A stretch of DNA of 64,000 bases, from positions 310,001-374,000 of the forward strand of contig MCFH01000002.1 of NCBI GenBank assembly GCA_002104945.1. Reading direction: 5' to 3'. Numbering within the stretch: the first letter of the stretch is position 1; each line of letters opens with the position of its first letter. This DNA is from Piromyces finnis finn (lineage: Eukaryota > Fungi > Neocallimastigomycota). The position numbers and the translations under genes are program-made. Under the pieces are notes generated by a model. That model saw only the letters and a program-made list of their open reading frames with translations. It was not told the DNA's origin and made no database searches. Shown here in pieces: positions 54,801-64,000 of this stretch.

Positions 54801-56795
54801 CATAACAATAACAAACGTGTCCCATTCCTCTTCCTCTTGATATAAAGGATGACTTGGACCTCCAAATTTTGCCATAATTAAATGAATCATTATTTCATAA
54901 TATTCATGATATGGCAAAGATATTGATAATGCATTAATACATGATCTTACTAAATATGAATAAAAAATTAAATCCAACAATGTACGAACAACTGTTCCAT
55001 TTGAATATACAATGTTTACTTTATTATCAACAGGATCAATAATATCAACAATTTTTAACTCACTTGAATAGAATGATGGAGGTAACCATGATTTATTTCT
55101 TTGAGTTGAATTAAAGTCATCTTCACTAGTCACTGAATTATTTCTTCTTCGTTTTCCTGAATATTGCTCATTCTTTTTATTGATTACACCTTGATAGTCT
55201 TCTGGCATTACACATTTTAATCTTTCATCATAAGTTCCAGTCCATAAATATAATTTATTATTTGAATTTAAAATTAACATATCAAATAAAGGATATCTTA
55301 ATGATCTTATAGGTTGAACTGAGATTGCATTGATGGAAAATACTTTTTTGATTTTTTTGTGCTTTAACATATTTCCAATTGATATTCCTGTTACTAATTG
55401 TTTTGATTTCTGGAAGAAACATAATATATCTGATTCGGATTTAGAATTTACAATAAATACTCTATCTGCTGGTTGATTACTGAAAATACATTAAATAATT
55501 ATAATACATTTATAAGATTATTCATTAATAATTAATTTATAGTCAAATTTTTAATTTTAATTATAAAGAGAGTCTTTTTTAATTTTAGATAAGAAAATAT
55601 TTTATTGTTATTTTTATTTTTAATTTTTTTTGAAATAACTAAAAATATGCATATTATTAATTAATATGAAACAACAACATACTCATTTATTTGTTCCTCT
55701 TCAGTCCATAATTCCTTTAGTAATAAAATAGAAATGACTTGATTCTTTTGTAGATTTTTTGTAAGTTCATCATCATCGTAATTAACGGTTTCGATATCAA
55801 AATTATCGTTATCACTACACTTAAATTCTGGTAAATGACGTTTATTATATCTCCAAATTTTGTGTATCTTTTTTAGTTTATCAAATGTAACAATAATAGG
55901 AAGCTTTCTATTTGTTGACACATATATTACATCTTCATGTAGCATAGAAAAATTCTTTATATTGTCACTTTCATCATTAATACTTAAATTATCTTGGCTA
56001 CTTTGATTTGATTTATCATATCTTGAAACAATTCTCATTTCTTCTAAAGGATGCATTACTGAAAACAAAATAGAAATATCTAATTTTGAATTTATTGAAA
56101 ATTCTTCTTTTTCTGGAATTCTTTGAATTATAATTCCATGATCAAGCGGAAATGCTTTCTTTATTTTAAATGGTAAATTTAATGTAAATGATTGTCCATT
56201 CATTAAATAAAATTTTGCAAATGTTTGTAGAAAAATACATAAAGTTTTTTTCAATACTTTATTTTCTTTGATTTTTAATGATGATTTTTTATCTATGTCT
56301 TCAACATAAAAATATGCCCAAAATGCTTGTGTCACTTTTTGATTATAATTTTCAAAAGAATAACTTCGTTTCAAAACATTACCATTACTCCATATAACTT
56401 TCGAACCAAAAATATATAATTCCTCATCATAACTAATGTTAAGATGTACGTCTTTACTTTCATTATATGAACTATTTAATATCCCATTTGGAGAATTTAG
56501 TGTATACTTTCCTTTTTGACAAACTTTATCTATATCTTCACTTGAAATTTCTGCATTAAATGAGCAATCTGGTTTTAAAGAAAATGGATTTTTGTTAATA
56601 AATGATTTTTGACGTTCTTTAAGAATATGTTCCCCAAAAGGAGAGAATTCCGATAATACCTATATTATAACATTTATATTTAAATAATTTTTTTTTAAAA
56701 AAAAATATAAGAATTATTGTCGCATTTAAAACAATTGTAATTATAAGTAAATAAGTAAGTTAGTATATATTAGTTATACAAACTTTTAATTCCAT
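49945..56795 (-). CDS. APC1: Anaphase-promoting complex subunit 1 (BimE/Cut4/Tsg24 family), multi-exon
   Basis: Conserved motifs: LALPVGRGIFNYGT, EWPDFHDGVAAGLQI, HAGLLLALGLNGHL, HRRMAEVMLGEI, ESYSLTAGFSLGLITLGKG, LSVLMAGSGNLGLLRKLR, YGSHMACHMAIGFLFLGGG, DNRSHLQAFRHLWALAVERR. The start is inferred from a 12-nt exon (MELK, 56795-56784) joining VLSEFSPFGEHIL. Start coordinate is less certain than the identity. Confidence 0.93.
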
Positions 56796-58884
56796 TTATT
56801 TATGCTAATTATTATTAAATTATTAGATTTAATTGGAAAATAAAGATTTTTAGAATAAATAAATGACAATATTCATAATTCAATTTGAAATGGCATTTAA
56901 AATAAAAAAAATGTTTATTTTAATTATTAATTATACATTTTAAAAGAAAAAAAACATTATGTTTTATATTATACTAATTAAACTATGTATATTAATCTAA
57001 CAATTTTTTCATAATCCGTGATTTTATATTGAAAAGAAATATTATTTGAATTGCCAAATTTCAAAAAAGATAAAAAAACAAAGAGGTTAAAAAAAATTGT
57101 AAAAAGACACATATACACGTGATCTATAATAAAAGAAGGAATAATACAAATTACATTTTAAATATAAATTTTGAATGTATACATTTTAATAAGTTTATTT
57201 TTTAATTGATTAATTTATTTTTATTTAATCTTTCTATATTTGTAAAATTTAATTTAAGATGTTTGATGTAGTACACATTTAATAATATTTTTTTATTTGA
57301 AAATCTTGTTATCCTTATTCCTATTTCCTATTTCCTATTATTATTACTTTTCTTATTATTCCTATAATAATTAATATTCTATTCTTTCTATTTCTCTTCT
57401 TCTTCTTCTTCTTATTATTATTTCTATTACTATTACTATTACTATTACCACTACTTTTTTTTTATAAAAAATCATCCATTATTCAGAATAATAATATTAA
57501 AATTTTCAATTATTAATTATGAAAGTTAAAAGCAACTAGTATTAATAAAAAAGAAAATTATAACATTATAAATTTAAATTTATGCAATAGAATTGAAAAA
57601 AACTATGGAACATTATTAATTAAATATTTATATTTATTTTCCAATATCATATCATTTTTAAGGTTTAATATTGTAAAATAATATATAATATTTAATAATA
57701 ATATTTAATAATAATAATAAAACTATAAAACTATTCTGCATTATTCCTAATAATGATTATGAATAATTATTGATCTAATAGGTAAATTATTCATATGTAT
57801 TTATAGTATATCTGTAGCAAATTCAAAATTATAATAAAAATGTAATATTTATTTTATAGTAAAGAAAAAAAAATTATAAATTTAAAGTTTTGATAATAAG
57901 ATATTAAATATGTATAATTAATCTTAATTAGCATTATTTATTATTTTAAATTAGTATTTATAATGTTAATAATAATTGTAAATTCACCTTTTAAGTTTTT
58001 TCACATTATCCTATTTTATATATGAGTTATGATCTAATTATCAATAATAATATATAGTTTTTTTATATTAAAATCTTGAATATTTTAATAATAATATTTT
58101 ATCAAATATCAAATAAAAATTATTTATTTTCTATCAAATTTTACTAAAAATTAATAAAAAAATTGTTTATTTTTTTTTTAATAAAAAAAAAAAAGTTTGC
58201 ATATTAATTATTTAAAAGAACAATAAATAGCAATAATAAAAATTATATAAAGTAAAAGAAAGAAAATAACAATAATAATAGACCAATGTTTTAATTTAAA
58301 AAATAAATATTATGTGCGAAATATTAAATGTAATAAAATCATATTTATTATTTAATCTTTAAACTATATATTATATATATATTTTATAATTAAATGTTTT
58401 ATTATCATAAAAAATAATAGTAATATTGTGCTTTTAAACTTTTAAAGAAATCTAAAAAAAATCAATTTATTAGTTTAAATCTTAAAAAAAACATTATTAA
58501 TACTTGAAAAAAAATAATAATAATAAAAAAAAAATAAAAATAAATGTGATATAACAACGACTATAACATAAATAATAAAAATAAAAATAAAACAATAAAA
58601 TACCACAATTTCGAAGTAAGAAATCGAATATAGAGGAAGAAAAAATAATATTATATTATAATATCATTTACAATAAGCCTTTTATATATAAAATATAAAT
58701 ATTATTAATTAAAAATAAAAATAAATAATAAAAGAAAAAATAAACGTTAATCCAATATATTCATGACTATTAAAAATAATAAATTAACATATTATATTAT
58801 TATTATTATTATTATATATTAATATATAAATGATTATATCTTATTTTTATAAATAATAAAAAGGAAGAAAAAGTAATTAAAAAT

Positions 58885-61617
58885 ATGAATAGAAATAACC
58901 AAATAAAAATTGTAACAGACTTTACAAATGAGGCTCTTTCAATAGAGCAAAAAATATTAAATGGGTCTTCAATATCACTACCAAGTACCCCAAATAATGA
59001 TGAAGAAGCTCATGAAATTAGACATACTCGAACTCGTTCATCAACTGATCCTAGTACTATACCAATAGATTTAATTTCAAGTTTTCAAGCTCATCCTTGG
59101 TTTGCAAATGCCGAAAAGGATTTTTCAAATGATTTAATTCAAGTTATCCATATAAGATATTATTCTATTGGGGATACAAGTAATTATTATTATTTTCTTT
59201 TTTATTTTTCTTTTTCTTTTTTTTTTTCTTTTACTATTATAATATCGACAAATAGATAAAGCTATAAATATAAATTGTATAATTTTAATGATAAAAAAAT
59301 ATTAAGTTTAATTTTTTTTTTTTTTTAAAAAAAAAATAATTTTCATCTAAAAGTTATTAAAGAAGGAACAAAAGCAAAAGCAATGTTTTTCATTATCAAA
59401 GGTATAGTTGAGGTTACTTCGGAAGATGATGAAATTGTATATGCTGAACTTGGAAAAGGATGGTACGCCGAAAATAATAAATAAATATTTCAATAGAAAT
59501 GACCTGATATTAATACATATAAATAATATTTTTTATTTTTAATAATACTTTTAAAAAAGCTTTTTTGGGGAAATTGGTAATTAAATCGACTCTATTAAGA
59601 TAAATTTTTATTTAAAATTTATATATAAGAAAACTGGAATTTATTTTTTAAATTATTGATATACATTTATTTATTTTTATGAAAATAGTTAAAATATTAA
59701 TATGTAATTAATATATATAATTTTATTAGGTGTCCTTTTTCAAGTTGCAAGAACTACATCAATTGTAGCAAAGACAAAATGTATTATAGCTAGAATAACT
59801 GCAGATGAATTTTATGAACTCTGTAATAAACACCCAAAAGTAGCTAAAGCAATTCATGATGAAGCAGTGGATAGATTCACAAATCTTAAAAGTCAAAAAG
59901 AAGAAAGAGGTAAAAAGTTTAATATTAGTTTAAATGAAAATATACTTTCACCGTTAAAGTCAGTTACATCAGATGAAGATATATTAATGACATCATCTAA
60001 TGGTAATATGAAAAGAATATCAACCATAAATATAAATTCTGAATCTTATAATTCGAATAATTCGATATTAAATGACGAATTAGAAGCAACAGCAAATAGC
60101 TATAATAATACCGAATTAATTGATAATATCAGTAATAATGATACCAATAATGATACCAACAATGATACCAATGATACAACAGAAAATGATACTAATTATT
60201 CCGATGTCAATTCAAATACAGAAGAGGAATTGCATTCACCAAAGATTGTTATTAATGCAGAAAATAATATATCAGTGCTTGATTCATCTGTTAAAGTAAT
60301 TGAGCAGAATACTCCAAGTCCTCAAAATCCTAATTTAGGATTTATTCAAAGATATAGTGGTAGAAGAAGAGCTAGTGTTGCTGTATGGGCTGATGATACC
60401 TTATCAAAATTACAACAAAGTATTCAAAATCAAATGAATAAACAAGAAAAATCACCTACATCATTGTCAGTACCATCGAGTGCTTTAGGTACATCCTTCA
60501 AAAAAGAAAATATATCTATTGACATCTCACCATCTTCATCAGCATATTCCTCAATATCATCTCTAACGAAGGATAAAGATAATTCTTCTTTAGATATTAA
60601 ACAAAGTATAGACTCCAGCCTTTGTTTATCAAATTCTACTATGTTAACAAATAATGCAGTTATTTCACCTAAAAAGAAAATAATGAAATTATCAGAGATT
60701 AAAATGAATTTAATAGAAAATCAACCATATTTAGGTCCATTACCAATAGAATTAATGAAAAAATGTTTAAGTTTCTTAGATTTTAAGAATCAATATAGAG
60801 TAAGACGTATATCAAAATTATTTAATAGTGTTATCATGAGTGGAGATACTTCATATATTGCAGATTCCAAAAATAAGGATTATGATCCTAAATGGAAAGA
60901 TTATGATATTCAACAACCTCTTAGTGCTTCGATAGACCTTTCAACCTTCCCAAAACTAATAAATGATAGTGTTTTAAATACAATTTTATCATCCTGTGAT
61001 GATGGTATAATTGAAAATTTAGATCTCCATAGATGTTGGGGGATTACAGATAAAGGATGTAAGGCTATTGAAACCGTAGGTTCTGAGATAAAACATTTAA
61101 ATCTATTAGGTTGTTGGGATATTACAGTAAATTATCAATATATAGATATTAATATATATATATAACTAAAATAAATATTTAAATACTAATTTTATTAAAA
61201 TACTTATCATTTTATTTTAATATATAATAATAACTATAAGGATAATGGTTTAATATCATTATCATCAAATTTGCCAAATCTCGAATCAATTGATTTATCT
61301 AATTGTAGAAAAATTACTAATATTAGTATAATAACTCTATTACAAAATTGTCCAAAACTATCAAATATTTCATTATCATATTGTAAGAATTTATCAAGCG
61401 AAATTTTCTCAAATTCTTTAATCTGGAGAAAGGTAAAACAATTAAATTTACAACGTTGTACCGGAATTTTTGACGCAGGTTTTGCATTTTGGAAGGATCA
61501 AATAAATCAAGAAAAGGATGATCCATTAATACCTGATTTTTTCCATTTAAAAAGATTAAATCTATCCGATTGTAGTTTTTTAACTGTAATTATTCTATAA
61601 GACTTTTTTAAAAATTT

Positions 61618-61650
<33 letters not shown>

Positions 61651-62336
61651 TTCCATTATATAACAATAATATATAAATTTAATTATTGATTATAATATCT
61701 AATAATAATATTTCTAAAAAATTATTTTATTAAATTTTGTAGGATGCAGCTATTAACAGTATAGCTGATACATGTTCAGAATTAGAAGAAATTTCATTAT
61801 CATTTTGTTGTGCGTTAACTGAGGTAAATATATAAAATATAAAGATAACCTATATTAATTTAATAAGAATTACTAAATGACTTTTTATCATTTTATTTAA
61901 AAATAAAAATAAAATAAATAAATAAAAACAGGAATGCATATTAAATTTAATAACAAAATGCAAAGAATTAAAAATTTTAGATTTAAATTATTGTGGTTTA
62001 GCTGTCACCGATGATATATGTAATACTATTGCAAATAATTGTAAAAATTTAACTAGTTTAGGATTCCGTGGATGTGTTCAAATTACAGGTAAAAAATATA
62101 TATATATTATTAAAATAATTCTCAATATTAATTCTATAATTATTCTTAAAATTATTTATATATAAATTACTCCTATGATATTAAAAGATGAGGGAATTGA
62201 TATATTATTAAATAATAAATCAAATTTGAAAAAGATTAATTGTTCGCAATGTTCAAATATTTCAAATGAAAAAAGAAAATACATTGAAAGTAAAGGAATA
62301 GAACTTTTAAATAATCAATTATTAATCGCATTTTGA
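58885..62336 (+). CDS. Cyclic-nucleotide-binding domain / F-box / leucine-rich-repeat protein, multi-exon
   Basis: Spliced cNMP domain: IIKEGTKAKAMFFIIKGIVEVTSEDDEIVYAELGKGC / FFGEIG (17-nt microexon 59560-59576) / VLFQVARTTSIVAKTKC. F-box: LGPLPIELMKKCLSFLDFKNQYRVRRISKLF. Cys-containing LRRs: LDLHRCWGITD, LNLLGCWDIT, IDLSNCRKITN, LNLQRCTGIFD, LNLSDCSFLT, ISLSFCCALT. Ends ...LLIAF* at 62336. Confidence 0.87.
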
Positions 62337-62469
62337 TTATAATATCACAAAATTTTTAAAATCCTACTATTATTTTCTTTATTCTCACGTAAATAATTTA
62401 TATTTATATTTATAAATTAAGAAAGCCTTTAGAGTTTAAAATATAAATTAATATAAATAAATAAATAAA

Positions 62470-62500
<31 letters not shown>

Positions 62501-62896
62501 ATTATATAATAAATAGAAATAAATATTATAAAAAAAGATAATATATATACAAAAAAAAATAAAAAATAAAAAATTCTACTCTTTATTTTTTTTTTTTTTT
62601 TTTCTAATATTATTTTTTTTTATTTATTTACTTAATAATAATAAATGTAAATTAAATATTACTGATATATTTATATATATAATTTAAGATTATTGATATT
62701 AATGTGGGATAATTATAAAGTATAGATAAAAATAATATATGATTAATTATAAATAAGATATAAAATACAATAAGAAAAAAAAAATAGGTCTTAAGATAGA
62801 ATATTGATTTTAATTAATAAATATATAATAAATAATTATGAAAAAAAAAAAAAAAAGATTATATGTTAATGTTTGTTATAAAAAAAAAATAGTATT

Positions 62897-64000
62897 TTAA
62901 TTTGATCCTTTAAAGAATTTTTTAAATCCAAAACCAAATGATTTCTTTGAATCTTTAATTTTGTCCTTATCTTTTTTAATTTTTTTACTTTCTGAGGTGA
63001 ATTTTGTTTTAGTGTCCTCTACTTCTTCAACAATTTTTTCGGTGATAATATTATCAGCATCTTTAAATGGTATATCATCATTTTCTGTAGCACGACTAGC
63101 TTCATCAATTGCTTCTAATATAGATCTATCTTCAGGTTCTTCTTCATACAAATTTTCAAAAATAGATAATTTATCATTATTGATATCCATTTTTTCCTTT
63201 ACATTATCTACTTTTTCATCAATTTCCTTTACTTCTGATGTATTTTTATCTTCTTTGATTTTTTCTCCAATTTTCTCAATACCTTCACTGGCTTTAGTTG
63301 CAGCAATTTCAATTCCATCCTTTATATTATTTCCTAATTCCTTTGATTTTTGACCTATACTCTTAAATCCATCTTTGGTTTTTTCACTAAGATTCTTTAA
63401 GATATTGTCAGTAAAACCAGAGGAATTAGTAGTTTCTTTAACATTGTCCTTAACATCATTTTCTAATTCTGTGGCTTTTTCTGAAATATTTTTTACTTCA
63501 CTATTTAAATCATTGTTTTGTTCCTCAAAATTAGTGGTATCTTTTACTTCATCTTTAACATCATTACTTATTTCTTTCACTTTATCTGTTACATCTTCAA
63601 CTGTATCTTTCGTATCATTTTTTAATTCCTTGGTTTTATGACCTAAATTATTAAATCCATCTTTAGTTTTTTCTCCAAGATTCTTTAATCCTTTACCAAC
63701 TTTACTTTCTCCAACTTTATCAGCTGTAGCTTCAATTCCATCCTTCATATCACTTCCTAATTCCTTTGTCTTACGACCTAAATTTTTAAGACCATCTTTG
63801 GTCTTTTCACCAAAGTTTTTAAGTTTATTACTACTATTGGTATCTTCTTTATCCTTTTCGCTTTTATTCTTTATACTATCTTTCATGTTATTTCCTAACT
63901 CTTTTGTTTTATGACCAATATTTTTAAATCCATCTTTAGTTTTTTCACTTAAACTCTTGAGCTTACTACTTGTGGCATGATGTTCTTTAGCATCATCTTC
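62897..64000 (-). CDS. Hydrophilic K/E/D-rich protein with 11-mer amphipathic repeats (LEA group 3/apolipoprotein-like); 5'-partial
   Basis: The frame is open past the ORF-track start (63886) to the window edge (EDDAKEHHATSSKLKSLSEKTKDGFKNIGHKTKELGNNMKD). The block LKxLxEKTKDG-FKNxGxKTKEL recurs at least four times. C-terminus KKSFGFGFKKFFKGSN*. Confidence 0.75.
   Translation of the reverse strand, partial: EDDAKEHHATSSKLKSLSEKTKDGFKNIGHKTKELGNNMKDSIKNKSEKDKEDTNSSNKLKNFGEKTKDGLKNLGRKTKELGSDMKDGIEATADKVGESKVGKGLKNLGEKTKDGFNNLGHKTKELKNDTKDTVEDVTDKVKEISNDVKDEVKDTTNFEEQNNDLNSEVKNISEKATELENDVKDNVKETTNSSGFTDNILKNLSEKTKDGFKSIGQKSKELGNNIKDGIEIAATKASEGIEKIGEKIKEDKNTSEVKEIDEKVDNVKEKMDINNDKLSIFENLYEEEPEDRSILEAIDEASRATENDDIPFKDADNIITEKIVEEVEDTKTKFTSESKKIKKDKDKIKDSKKSFGFGFKKFFKGSN

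Noticed and set aside
62961-63641. Plus-strand hydrophobic ORFs 62961-63353 and 63375-63641 (also the minus-strand ORF 48830-49102)
   Set aside because: These are antisense mirrors of K/E-rich coding sequence on the opposite strand.

Overview
This is an extremely AT-rich eukaryotic window with short GT-AG introns, long A/T tracts and (AAT)n arrays. I infer an anaerobic gut fungus (Neocallimastigomycota) from composition and gene content; this is not proven. Left to right: (1) an intronless ORF of more than 16.6 kb, open at the left edge, encoding a midasin/Rea1-related giant. It has six AAA+ modules with an alternating active/dead motif pattern, a long linker, two vWA modules, a GATase/ThuA-like module and a third vWA. 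(2) A 3-exon, 72-aa micro-gene missed by the ORF track, APC16-like. (3) Two tandem paralogous C2H2 zinc-finger transcription factor genes. (4) Two near-identical tRNA-headed, poly(A)-tailed, TSD-flanked SINE copies. (5) A C2+MUN (Munc13/Git1-like) gene. (6) EFM5/EEF1AKMT1. (7) An orphan K/E-rich ORF. (8) APC1. (9) A cNMP-binding/F-box/LRR gene. (10) An 11-mer-repeat LEA-like ORF open at the right edge. The best candidates for something undescribed are the remodelled midasin-like AAA6-vWA3 protein and the young SINE family. All family assignments come from motif recognition; no database searches were run.
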